From Felis catus (taxonomy: Eukaryota), in assembly GCF_018350175.1 (NCBI RefSeq), contig NC_058378.1, positions 64,666,001-64,730,000 on the forward strand: DNA of 64,000 nucleotides. Reading direction: 5' to 3'. The position numbers and the translations under genes were made by a program. Shown piece by piece: positions 1 through 11,380 of this stretch. The notes beneath the pieces are model-generated. The model saw nothing but the letters and a program-made list of their open reading frames with translations, made no database searches and was not told the DNA's origin. Within the stretch, counting starts at the first letter, position 1. Every line of letters starts with the position of its first letter.

Positions 1-582
1 ATAGCAGTTTTCTTTTAAGATCTTTTATACCACATCTAAAGGCAGGAGCCGTTGTGTCTAGTGATGGGTCCCCTCTTATCAATTCACAGAAAGAGACGGG
101 GACAAAACAGAATCATTTGTTTCCGCAAAGTCTCCTGTGGCTAACCAGCTCCTCTTACCCTGCCTGTTTTTTTCCCTACCTGTAGGAAAACAACTGCAAC
201 AAGAAAATAAAACTTTAAAGTCAAACTGCAATGTTTCCAACAACTTTTATTTGCTGAAAGGCTCGCTCCTTTTCCTGGGAGTCTAGGAGTACCTCCAGAT
301 CTGCAGTCACAGATTATAAAGAATTATTGCTGCTTTTACTTTGTGGCCCCGGTACATTCTCAAAAGCTGAAGCCAAACAAGGCTAAATGTCTGCAGATGT
401 GCTGGTTTTAACGGTCCTGTCACTGACCAGACACCTTGCACAAGCACATCACTGCAGTTGACCACAAAGCCCTGTTGCCTAGCACACTTATACATTTTAC
501 TTGTAACTGTGGGGTTTGATGCTTATTTGTGTATAGTTAGACCAATTATTGTGTTTAATAATGGTGGCAATAATAATAATGG

Positions 583-990
583 GGGGTTGCCAGGGGTTTT
601 GGGGGAGACAGGGATGGTAAAAGGATACCAAGTTTCAGTTATAAGATGAATAAAGTTTGAGGATGTAATGTACATGACTACAGTCCATGACACTGTATTA
701 TATAAGTGAAATTTGTTGAGAGTGGAACTTAAATGTTCTCACAAAGAAGAAAAGAGAATAAAAGGAAAGGAAAGGAAAGGAAAGGAAAGGAAAGGAAAGG
801 AAAGGAAAGGAAAGGAAAGGAGAAAGGAGAAAGGGAGGAAAAGAAAGAAGGGTAAACATATGAGGTGATAGATATGTTAACTCAGTGTGGAAATCCTTTT
901 ACACTGTATATGTTTCTCAAATCATCACACTGTATACTTTAAATATATTTTAATTTTATTTGCCAATTATACCTCAATAAGTCTCAAAAA
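583..990 (+). mobile_element. Old L1 3' end (L1MA/L1MB-type), interrupted by a GGAAA repeat
   Basis: ggttgccagggg..aagtttcagttataagatgaataaag..aaatgttctcac..gaggtgatagatatgttaa..aattatacctcaataa are typical L1M 3' UTR motifs. Confidence 0.8.
761..820 (+). repeat. (AAAGG)12 pentanucleotide microsatellite within a longer purine tract (to about 850)
   Basis: Twelve perfect aaagg units read directly. Confidence 0.97.
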
Positions 991-1658
991 TAGTAACAAA
1001 TGAAAAACAGCATAAACATAAAATTTAACCTAAAATATTCCCTTGATGATTTCCTTTTCAGAGTGAGATCTCAAGAATGGCTTCAAGTATCACTATCCAT
1101 CATGATAGTAAGTATGACTTCTGGTATTAGGCATAAAGGGTTGGACACCCTTGTTTTATGCTTCCAGATCACCCTGTACATAACCTGTCATGGTTCATAA
1201 TGGTTTGCTAGATCTCTTTATATAAATGCCTCTCTTACTTCATTGAGCTCTCACGAGGCAGGTCTTCTGTTTTCTTTATCACTGAGCTCTCTGCGTTCAC
1301 TAGAGCATAGAGAAGAATGTTTCCTCAGTAAGTATATAGACAACATTTTCACACTGGTCAATATCTGCTGTAATATCTGATATACTGGGTTGTTCAGTTC
1401 CGGGGCTCAAAAAGAACCTCTCTGGAAATGTGAGATAAAAATGTTTGATCCAGGATCCTTTAATTATACAAAGAGACAATAAGCGGCTGTATCTAATAAA
1501 TCTTTATATTGTCTCTCTCTCTATATATATATTTGGGAAAATGAATTCCCTTCTTGAAATGAATTTCACAGAAGGGCGGGGAAACTTCATGCCTTTGCAT
1601 GTATGGGGGGGGGGTCTCTGTCTGGAATTCCCTTTTATTCTTCTTCTGCCTTAACTCT

Positions 1659-1914
1659 GTTTTTAATTAATTTTTATTTTTAAAGATTTTTTAAAATGCT
1701 TGTTTATTTATTTTCAGAGTCAGAGAGACAGCGAGAGAGGGAAAGATCAAGCATGAGTGGGGGAGGGGCAGAAAGAGAGAGAGAGAGAGGGAGAGAGAGA
1801 ATCCCAAGCAGGCTCTGTGCCATCAGTGAACTATGAGATCATGAACTGTGAGATCCTGACCTGAGCCAAAATCAAGAGTCAGACACTTAACTAACTGAGC
1901 TACCCAGGTGCCCC
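1659..1914 (-). mobile_element. Can-SINE (older felid SINEC_Fc2-like), internally rearranged
   Basis: T-rich tail, GA repeat, atcccaagcaggctct core, ends gagctacccaggtgcccc. TSD ccttaactct at 1649-1658 and 1913-1922. Confidence 0.93.
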
Positions 1915-1924
1915 TTAACTCTTA

Positions 1925-1927
1925 AAA

Positions 1928-1979
<52 letters not shown>

Positions 1980-2663
1980 TTAGTTTGAATATAATATTTC
2001 AACAGTCATATACATTGCTCAGTGCTCATCAAGGTAAGTGTACTCTTAATCTTCTTTATCTATTTTACCCATTACCCCACCCACCTGCCTCTGGCAAACA
2101 GCAGTTTGTTCTCTGCATTTAATAGTATTTTTTGTTTGTTTCTTTTTTTGTTGCTGTTCATTTGTTTCTTAAATTCTATACATGAGTGAAATCATATGGT
2201 ATCTGTCTTTCTCTGACTGACATTTAATTTAGCATAATACTCTCTAGACCCACCCATGTTGTTGCAAGTGGCAAGATTTCATTTCTTTCTTTTTTTTAGG
2301 GCTGAGTAATATTCCACAGTATACATATACCACATATTTACCCATTCATCTATCAATGGACACTTGTGTTGCTTCCATATCTTGGCTATTATACGTAATA
2401 ATGCAGTAAACTTTACAACTATCAGCATGTTTAAAATAATTGAAAAAAAACATAAGAAATAATCAAGTGTTGGCAAGGGTGTGGAAAAAAAAAGAACCAT
2501 TGTGCACTGTTGGGAGAATCCAGATTGGTGCAGCCACTATAGAAAACAGAATGAAGTTTCCACAAAAAATTAAAAATAGAATTATCATATGATCTAGTGT
2601 TCCATTACTGGGTATTTACCCTAAGGAAAAAAAACCACTAATTCTAAAACATATATGCACCCC
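1925..2663 (-). mobile_element. 5'-truncated, 5'-inverted carnivore L1 (3' part on minus strand, about 1977-2411; inverted part on plus strand, 2412-2663)
   Basis: The minus part matches the L1 3' UTR and ORF2 end (gtgaaatcatatggtatctgtctttctctgactg; cttccatatcttggctatt). The plus part matches the immediately upstream L1 segment (aagtgttggcaagggtgtgga..gggtatttaccc..atatatgcacccc). Flanked by cttaactctta at 1914-1924 and 2671-2681. Confidence 0.88.
1931..1976 (+). repeat. (CA)23 microsatellite in the L1 tail
   Basis: Read directly. Confidence 0.97.
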
Positions 2664-2993
2664 AGACCTTCTTAACTCTTATAGTCTGTGCACTTTTATA
2701 GGCTCAGCAGCAGATACATGAAGTTGAAAATAGACTTTTCAGTGAAGATGCCACCTATGCTAAGTTGGTTGCCCTTCCAGAAACTTCCAGAACGATGCAC
2801 ATACTTTGGCATAGTATAAATTAGCCTATGCTTCAACTGGTGACTTCACTGTCTATCCTTATTAACCCACAAACTCAAACCTTTCTGTATTTCCATGCCA
2901 GGTACCATGCATGCCATGTATAGATAGTCAATAAATGTTTACTGAGAGCTTTTAGAAAAGCAGAAGTATAAACCAACATGCAAACATTTATCA

Positions 2994-3034
2994 ATGTATG
3001 TATGTATGTATGTATGTATGTATGTATGTATGTA
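2994..3034 (+). repeat. (ATGT)n tetranucleotide microsatellite, about 10 units
   Basis: Read directly; abuts the SINE tail. Confidence 0.95.
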
Positions 3035-3246
3035 TTTATTTATTATTTTTTTAATGTTTCTTTTTAAGAAAGAGAGAGAGTGCGAGCAGGGGACAGGCAG
3101 AGAGAGTGGGAGACACAGAATCGGAAGCAGGCTCCAGGCTCTGTGCTGTTAGCACACAGCCCAACCTGGGGCCTGAACCTGTGAACTGTGAGATCATGAC
3201 CTGAGCCAAAGTCAGACGCTTAGCTGACAGAGATTCCAGATACCCC
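3035..3246 (-). mobile_element. Can-SINE (SINEC_Fc-type)
   Basis: gagacacagaatcggaagcaggctccaggctct..gagatcatgacctgagcc core. TSD tatc(a/g)atgta at 2989-2998 and 3247-3256. Confidence 0.93.
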
Positions 3247-3269
3247 TATCGATGTACTCGTATATACGA

Positions 3270-3410
3270 AATTTAGCAAGTTACTTAACGTCTCTGTACT
3301 TTTACTATTTTTATTGATAAAACGAGGCTAAAATAGGTTTTCCTAGAATATATATCTTAAAGCACTTAGCAGCTTCCTTGTACATAGCAAGGGCTCTGAA
3401 ATGCAGCTGA
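3270..3410 (+). mobile_element. MIR fragment
   Basis: gcaagttacttaacgtctctgt..taaagcacttagc..tacatagcaag resembles the MIR core and 3' end. Confidence 0.6.
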
Positions 3411-5854
3411 ATTCTTCACTTTTTTTCCCCCTTTCTTATTTTGGGAAGTAGGTGAGGAATGTAAACATCCATCTGAAAATTAAAACTAATGTTGGTAATA
3501 AAAGTTTTTTGAGATTTCATGGGTACCCCATTAGCAAAAATTATTTATTAAAATTATTTATCATCATGTATCAATAGACAAAAAAAAGAGTCAACAGCTC
3601 AGAGATCAACTATATGAACAAATAAAATCCATTTTTTATTTAGTGAAACATTCTAAGAATAAGGGCTAAAAATTCCCTGTTCTCAAGAGCTTTAGAGCTA
3701 AAGAGGAGAGAGTCACCCCATGTAACAAGAATTCTGATACTCAGGGTGCTAGCTAAGGATGTAAGAGGAGTGACCTTTTACTTGCAGATGGGAACCTGTG
3801 GGAGAAGGAAGGTCTGAGAACTCTGTAGAGTAAATGAATTAAATCTTCAAGGATATGCAGTAATATGATCAATGGACAGAAGAGGTGGAAGAACATTCTT
3901 TTTAGAGATAATAGCAGATAAAAAGGCCCAGGGTCAGAGAGAATGGCCCATACAGGCATCTACTAGCAAGTAAACAGATCCGTTTGCAGAGTAGAGAAGT
4001 AGGAAGTAAAATCAAAAGTTAGCCAGGGGTCCATTCATGAAGCACCCTGTGCTTTTTAGTCGATCCTAAAAGCCATGGAATGCCAATGAAGTGAATTAAG
4101 TGGGCAAGGCTGTAAATAGCTAAAAAGAAGAACTTCCATCCCAGTATCTGTGTGTGGGTCTCCCTGTGCAGGCAAAGTATAAGGTGAAGGCCCTTGGGCC
4201 ATGCTAGATCCAGCTCTGTTGTTGAAAACAAGACAAAGCCAGCCTCTCACACCTATGCTTCTAGTATCTTAAAGTGGTGTTCACATGCAGAAATCATTTT
4301 TGAATAAAAATCTAAGGGTAACTAAAGCCAAGAATGCAAATAAAACAATCAGTTCCTGATATAGTGCAACGTCAGCCTTCTGAAATGCAATCAGCTAAAT
4401 GCAGCCTTTGCAGACATTTTCTACAGAGAAACTCAGAAATGTCACTAGTTTATCACTCGCTTGGCATTTTGTCTGAGTTTATACCAGTTTAATATAATGC
4501 TCAATAAATGCTGCAGAGCCACAAAATGTCCTGATATGGGTAACCGCAGAGCAAGTATTAAAAAATAAACACCATGATGGGATAGCACCTATTTATTCAG
4601 ATTTAGAATTGCAGTTAATGGCATAAAGAGGAAGGAATAGGGATCTGCAGAGTAAGAGGCTGGGGAGTTGGAAACCCCTGCTTTCTTTTTGTTTTGCAAG
4701 AGCATTCATGTTCCCACAGGTTCTCTCCATCAACAAAGCCCATAGAAGCAAGTGATTCTACCTGCTCCAGGGAGAAGAAACAAATTGCTGGCAGGTATTA
4801 GTGGCTGGATCCCCTGACTTCCTCTTCTGTAGCCAAGGGTTCCCTCTTCTGCTACCCTCACAGCTTGCTCTCAAGACAAAGGTCATCAGGAGAGTCCTGG
4901 CTAATGCGATAACTTTTATTCTAGAACAAAGCAGCTTATCCTGAGGTCTCATCTCCTGCCCCTCTGGAGAAAATGGGCTAGGAAAAAGTAAATGAAAAGC
5001 ATCCTAAACACGCCATTTTAGCCTCTCTCTGAATCCTAAGAAACATGCTTGCTTGCTTTCTTCTGTCCTCCACACTGTCACACTCATTTCCCAAAACCAA
5101 ATATAGTTGCTACAAATAACAAATAAATAGAAAGACAGACAAAAATAAGTGCTTAGTTTTTTTAAATGCATAATGGCTACTGTGAATCAACATGGCCAAC
5201 ATCCTTAGCCCCATCAAATTCTGCATTTTGCCATCCTTACTCCCCCCAACTGGAAGCCCAACCATTGAGTTATGTGATATCTGCAACAAATGTGTGTGTG
5301 TGCATGTGCTTGTGTATGTGTTTACAGAAGCAAAGTGAGGAATGGAGAGGGTATCTGACTCAGTTAAGAGATACATAAAGCTCAGGAAGGCAGTAGGGGG
5401 ATGAGGATGTTTGTTAAACAAAGTGCATGGTAGAAACAAAGCCGAACACAGAAAGCAATACTGAGCAACTAGCACTATGTCTCTCTAGACATTGAAACAA
5501 CCAGATCTAAATTGGTCAGGAAAATCCATCTTGCCACAATGCTCCCCCTCCCTCTACTTTCCCTTTCTCTCATTTAATGGTGTTGCTTCTAAAACCATTG
5601 ATTAATTTCCCACTTTCTCACTTCCCATTGTTTGGGCCCCTCTCCTTACCTTTGTTGTTTCCTGAATACAGATGAGGGGATCTAGAGAGGCACCAGGGAA
5701 AATGACTACATGGTCAGTGGGGTCCCCAAACAGAAGTCAGTGAGCCAATGAGATACAGAGAAGTATATTTTAAATGATCCAACAGTTTGGGATTGAGGTA
5801 AAGGAGTAGCTCAAAATATTTCTCTAATAAAGTTTATTTTTATCTTTTTATTGG

Positions 5855-6056
5855 TTTTAATTTTTTTCATGTTTATTTTCGAGAGAGAGAGTGAGCAGAG
5901 GAGGGGCAGAGAAAGAAGGAGACACAGAATTGGACGCAGGTCCCAGACTCCGGGCTGTCAGCACAGAGCCCAATGCGGGGCTGGAACTCACAAACTGTGA
6001 GATCATGACCTGAGCTGAAGTCGGACGCTTAACCGAATGACCCACCCAGCCCCCCT
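5855..6056 (-). mobile_element. Can-SINE (SINEC_Fc-type)
   Basis: gtcagcacagagcccaatgcggggctggaactcacaaactgtgagatcatgacctgagctgaagtcggacgcttaacc. Confidence 0.93.
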
Positions 6057-6259
6057 TCTTCCCCCCCTTTTTAAAATCTTTTTAAACTGTAGTGCTATCA
6101 TACTCTATGTACTTTTAGCAACTTGTAAATTTTACTCTAATACATCTTAGAGACTGTTCCATGCCACATCATAAAATTAATGACATAGATCTCTAATTTA
6201 TTGCAACTTATTAAATGAAAATACCCAATTTGTCTACCTATTGTCTACTGATTGACCTG

Positions 6260-6450
6260 AAACAGAAATGTATAATAAAGAAAAAAAACACAGTGGAAAT
6301 ACACAGACAAAATTTATCACAGTAGTCATCTCTGAGAGAGGTTTTAGAATTGGGGGTGACAGTCAAAGAGATCATTGTTCCTATCAGTAGTTTAATTTTT
6401 TACAAGGAATATGTATTTATGCACTATTCTTATAATTAATAATAATAAAC
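6260..6450 (+). mobile_element. Probable ancient L1ME-type 3' end fragment
   Basis: ggaaatacacagacaaaatttatcacagtagtcatctctgagaga..tttttacaaggaatatgtatttatgcac resembles the L1ME terminus; highly diverged. Confidence 0.45.
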
Positions 6451-6692
6451 CTGTACTATTATTAACAGTAAGAATGTTTATTCAGTCTGGAAAACAAAGT
6501 CTATGAGGAAACATAATCGATGTGTGCAAGTCACAAAGGGATTGAGAGAAGCAATGAGTGAGGTTAGCATGCAGAGGAGACCTGGAATTTTCTTGAACCC
6601 CAGAGCACTTGCACTTCTGCCACCAACTTACTAAGAGTGCTTGGAAGGTAATGCCATGGAAGAGCAGTGGCAGGACGCACCACTAAAGACAC

Positions 6693-6696
<4 letters not shown>

Positions 6697-6730
<34 letters not shown>

Positions 6731-6742
6731 GTGCGTGTGTGT
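6697..6742 (+). repeat. (GT)n microsatellite with two GC interruptions
   Basis: Read directly. Confidence 0.96.
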
Positions 6743-7328
6743 TGGTCTTAAATTCTAAGTGAGAGGAGGAAGGTGTGAATGTCCAGCTTGAGACTAGAGG
6801 GGCCATATTAAGAGAAGACAAGGAGAGGACAGAACTTCACCACTTCCCCTTTCTTTCCATTTCTGTTAAGGGCAAAGGACTTTAGAGAGAAGAACAAGTA
6901 AGTGTAAAGGAAGTGAAACCTGAGCATTTTGTTGCTGGATACAATTTGGCTCAGAGAAATTATATTCTAGAAGAGAAGTCCAACAGCAGCAAACTTCACA
7001 GTTTTTGTTTGATCATACCAAGGAAGGAAAACAAAAATGAGCACATGCCAATATACAATGATTTGTTAGTTGTAAGATGAGGAAATGCACTAAGATGCTT
7101 ACACTTTAACTCTAGAAAATATACACAAAATAGAAAGTAAAACAGGAGCAAAATACCCAGGAAATACAGTATCTTCTCCCTACATCTGAATGAATCATCT
7201 TTTACATCTCTGGGGTGCTGCTGCGAGCAAATCACCATGGAGACTATTGGTCTAGATTAAGGATTCCTGGATTATCCTTAGTATTTAAACCTCGGAGGGG
7301 CACACAGGTGATTCTCAATTAAGTTTTT

Positions 7329-7560
7329 CAATGAATGAATGAATGAATGAATGAATTCAACAAATATTTACTGGATATGGGACCATGTGCCAGAGGAAGT
7401 TCTAATGTGTTAAGGGTTTAGTAGTGAAATTAAACAGGATAATCACTGCACTTCACGATGTTCCATTTCAATGCAGAAGGCAGGGAAGGTATAAATAAAC
7501 ATAAATATCTATCAGGTGGTGATAACAACCTTTCTGGAGAGTTGTGTAGGAAAAATATAT
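7329..7560 (-). mobile_element. L2 3' end with (AATG)n tail repeat
   Basis: aatgaatgaatg..ttcaacaaatatttactg..atgtgccag is the usual reverse-strand L2 terminus. Confidence 0.7.
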
Positions 7561-8341
7561 ACAAACTATACGAAGCTTTAACTACATCAAAAACACCACT
7601 GTTATACGGTGTTGATCAATGGCTGGTGTCCATCTGTTAAGCGCAGAATCGATACCACACAGGACTTGCAAGGCTGTGCCCTTGTTGGCTTCCTGCTCAT
7701 CAACTGTCAACAACTCGGATGAGAATACCTATTGTGTGTCTACAAAATTCACACATGACACAAACTGAGGAAAAATAATGATGAGATAAGAGAAAGGCAG
7801 TGGCAGCTCTGAACGCAATTTACTTGCCTGAGGGCATAGAGTTAATAAATGACACAATCAGATAGGAACTTAGGATTTCTAATTTTTCTACAGTTCTATG
7901 TATCATCTGTAAAAAAGAATGTTAGCAACAAGATTTCATTAAAAAAAAAACTGTTCTGAAGAGTTAAAGAAAGAGTAGGTGAAGCTATCACTCTCGTCAA
8001 CAGTATAAATTAAGGGATCGTCTTGAGATGAAAAGTCTGTTACAGGTTAACTAATTCAAACACCATATGTCACAATTGAGGACACCAAGGCTTCAAGAGA
8101 GCAAATACCTTGTCCAAGGCCACATCACTCAGACAGTGTCAAGATTGAAACTACTAACCCAGGTTCTTAACTTACTCCAATGGTCCTTCTCACGAAAAAC
8201 AATTCATTTTCTTTTTACTCCTTAGTATCTCAGCAAAGATAGTATTAACATAAAAGATAATGTATGTGTCTTACACCAAAAAGGTAAGGAGAGATGATGA
8301 GAAAACTTCAGACCATGTGACATCCTGCGAGGGTTATGTGA

Positions 8342-8916
8342 TGCTATGGCTTGAATGTTTGTGTCCCCCTCACCCCAAATTTATGTTGAAGCCTAACTTC
8401 CAGGAGATGGTATTAGGATGTGAGGCCTTGGGTAGGTGATATGTGCCCATATAACAGAGATCAGAGAGGGCCCCCTTGCTCATTCTACCATATGAGAACA
8501 CAGCAAGGAGGTAACCAACCACCTGTAACCCACTCAAGAGGGCCTTCATCAGACCCCCATATCACTGGCATCCTGATCTCAGACTCCCAGCCCCCAGAAC
8601 TGTGAGAGAGCAACTTCTGTTGTTTATAAGCTATCCAGTCTGTGGCATTTTTTTTTAAATTTTTTTTTTCAACGTTTATTTATTTTTGGGACAGAGAGAA
8701 ACAGAGCATGAACGGGCGAGGGGCAGAGAGAGAGGGAGACACAGAATCGGAAACAGGCTCCAGGCTCTGAGCCATCAGCCCAGAGCCCGACGTGGGGCTC
8801 GAACTCCCGGACTGCGAGATCGTGACCTGGCTGAAGTCGGACGCTTAACCGACTGCACCACCCAGGCGCCCCCAGTCTGTGGCATTTTGTTATAGCAACC
8901 CCAACGGACTAAAACA
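8342..8916 (+). mobile_element. MLT1A-type MaLR solo LTR, split by a young SINE
   Basis: Starts tgctatggcttgaatgtttgtgtcccc; contains ctgatctcagactcccagcccccagaactgtgag; ends ggcattttgttatagcaaccccaacggactaaaaca. Confidence 0.88.
8652..8871 (-). mobile_element. Young felid Can-SINE (SINEC_Fc subfamily with gccatcagccc and cgtgacctggctgaagtcgg diagnostics)
   Basis: Near-consensus, CpG-rich. Perfect 17-bp TSD ccagtctgtggcatttt at 8635-8651 and 8872-8888. Confidence 0.97.
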
Positions 8917-9989
8917 TGTTTAATGGGCATTAGGGTAGTGTGGACCTAGGCATATTTGTGTGGGTTCCATATCCTAGAATCTGAAACTAGCCTGGAAATT
9001 AAGTCTAGTTTAGATCTGCAAATATCAGGGCCCCTACGTGGCTTCTCTGCAGTTACTTGAAAAATGACAATAAGTTCTGATCCTTCTGAGAAACATAATG
9101 TTAGTTTCTACACTGGACCGGTAGGTCCCCGCCCCCTACCTAAGGCTGGTTTAACCATTCTCATAGCTCTGCTTTATTTTTTGAACCTGTTATGAAACAA
9201 AAACACTGCTGGATATTGACACTGCAGAAAAAGTACCCCAGAAGGCTATATCTCACAAGTCCCTCAGTGGAGAAGGGAAAGTAACCCAGTCAGTGAAGCA
9301 TGGAGGGAAGCAAGGACAGAATCCAGTTACACACAGGAAGAAATCAGATTCAGCACAGCAGGGGCACACATTCCTGGGGTGTCACAAAGCAGCTACTCTC
9401 TCCAGTACTCTGCTTATTTACAAAGAATTTCTGGAGTTCTGATTACAAGGTGTCCAGGGATTTGGAACTGGGCAAACACAGCGATGATACCCCGTGAAAA
9501 TACTTTGAAGGCCAGTGCCAATGTGCCTTTGAACTCGTATTAACTGCCTGGCCGAGGAAACGAATGTGATGATGGAAAGCATCAAACATACATTTTGATT
9601 TTTTTAAATTAATAATCCACTCTGGGTGAAAATTCTAAAGTTAGAGTCAAAAACATCTAACTTTTTGTGACAGAAAGACAGAAAGAAAAGAGAGGAAGCA
9701 GGGAGAAGTTAAAATAGAGGGGAGGGAGAGGAGCAGAAAGGAGAAGCCATGACAGAGGAGGGGGGGCGAGCAGGCCAGGAGCAAAAGAGGCCTGGATGGA
9801 AGGGTGAAGACTTGATAAGGAGGAAGAAAGGGGCAGGAAAGGAGAGCTTCTGTCCAGTGGCTTCTCTGCAGGTCACCAAGCCTTCCTGTTGTTTGTCTCC
9901 AGCCACCACCAGCACCCACCCTGAATTCCTCCAGCTGGAAATTATCCTTGAATGCTCTATTATTATTGTAATTGGTATAATTTATTTAA

Positions 9990-11085
9990 ATAACACTGCT
10001 TTTAGAACTCTAATGGTAAAAATAATATGCGTTCACTTAAAATGTAATGGAAAGCGGACCTAGGTATACAAAGGAAAATAAAACATTCACACAGTGAGTT
10101 CATCTGGAAACGACCAACTTTAACATTTTGTTGTTGATCTTTTAGGGTACTTTTTCTCTGCTTCTGTAGGCATTCCTTTTTAGAAAAAAAAAACAACTTT
10201 TGCATAACATAATACTGGAACATAGCATAACATACCATAATATTGGAACGTACTATTTTGCCAGCTGCACCAGTATTCTGTAATTTACTTAACTGATAGG
10301 CTGACTACAGAGTATTGGCAGTGTCCATACATAATACTGTGATGATTATCTTTGTAGGTAAATATTGGTCTGTCTTTCTAAACTCTTGATTTTTTAACAG
10401 GCAGAATTATTCAAGGAGGGAATTTCACTAACTCAAAGAGAATGAGCATTTGTTTAAGACTCCTGCTACACATTGGGGCACCTGGGTGGCTCAGTCGGTT
10501 GAGCGTCGACTTCGGCTCCGGTCATCATCTCACAGTCTGTGAGTTCGAGCGCCGCGTCGGGCTCTGTGCTGACAGCTCAGAGCCTGGAGCCTGCTTCAGA
10601 TTCTGTGTCTCCCTCTCTCTCTGCCCCTCTCCCGCTCATGCTCTGTCTCTCTCTTTGTCAAAATAAATAAAAACATTTAAAAAAAGACTCCTGTTACACT
10701 GTCCAATTGTCCTCCAGAAAGTTTATATAGATTATGCTCCTAAGAACAGCATACGCAGTGTCCATTCCCCAAGGCCTCACCAAGGCTAAGTATTATCTTC
10801 TTAAAAAAATCTATCCCTGTGATAGTTTAATAAATTGTATATCTTGTTTGTTTTGTTGCTTTTATTTCTGATTTGTGAGACTCAACATTTTCATTTTGTC
10901 TTTTATTTTTCTTTATAGATTGCCTATCATGTTCATGGGCCTCATATCCACAGAGACGATTTTACTCAAGTTTTCATTTGTAAAATGGATTAAATTGTTT
11001 AGGATGTTAACCCATTTATTGTACTTTCTTTTTCATATATTTTTTAACAGGTTAAGTTTGGAACCTGGATTGTTTCTTTTGGTAA
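9990..11085 (-). mobile_element. Ancient L1ME-type fragments, split by the SINE at 10475
   Basis: ccaattgtcctccagaaagtt..cagcatacgcagtgtccattcccc..ctcaccaagg..gtgagactcaacattttc resemble the reverse-strand L1ME 3' region. Confidence 0.6.
10475..10683 (+). mobile_element. Can-SINE (SINEC_Fc-type), antisense to SORCS1
   Basis: ggggcacctgggtggctcagtcggttgagcgtcgacttcggctccggtcat..; A and B boxes visible. TSD aagactcctg(c/t)tacac. Confidence 0.96.
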
Positions 11086-11088
11086 TTA

Positions 11089-11186
11089 ATTTTTTTTTGA
11101 GTAATCTCTGTATCCAATGTGGGGCTCAAACTCACAATCCTGAGATTATGAGTCACATGCTCTACAGACTGAACCAACCAGGAACC
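11089..11186 (-). mobile_element. Short old carnivore SINE (SINEC_old-like)
   Basis: gagtaatctctgtatccaatgtggggctcaaactcacaatcctgagattatgagtcacatgctctacagactgaacc. TSD ttt(c/g)ttttggtaatta on both sides. Confidence 0.85.
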
Positions 11187-11316
11187 TTTGTTTTGGTAAT
11201 TAAAATCAGTATTGAACAACAAAGGTCAGTACTCTTTTATAGAAGTTTGGGTTTTGGTGTGAAGCAGAAAATCTTGCTTTTTCTTTGATGGGGACAAAGA
11301 AGATGGGGAAAGGAAG

Positions 11317-11318
<2 letters not shown>

Positions 11319-11373
<55 letters not shown>

Positions 11374-11380
11374 TGTGTGT
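11319..11380 (+). repeat. (GT)n microsatellite, about 26 perfect units plus a degenerate end
   Basis: Read directly. Confidence 0.96.

Noticed and set aside
10442-10666. Family of similar short ORFs containing EPGACFRFCVSLSLC (also 18205, 26227, 39462, 52620)
   Set aside because: They are translations of the same Can-SINE consensus, not paralogous genes.
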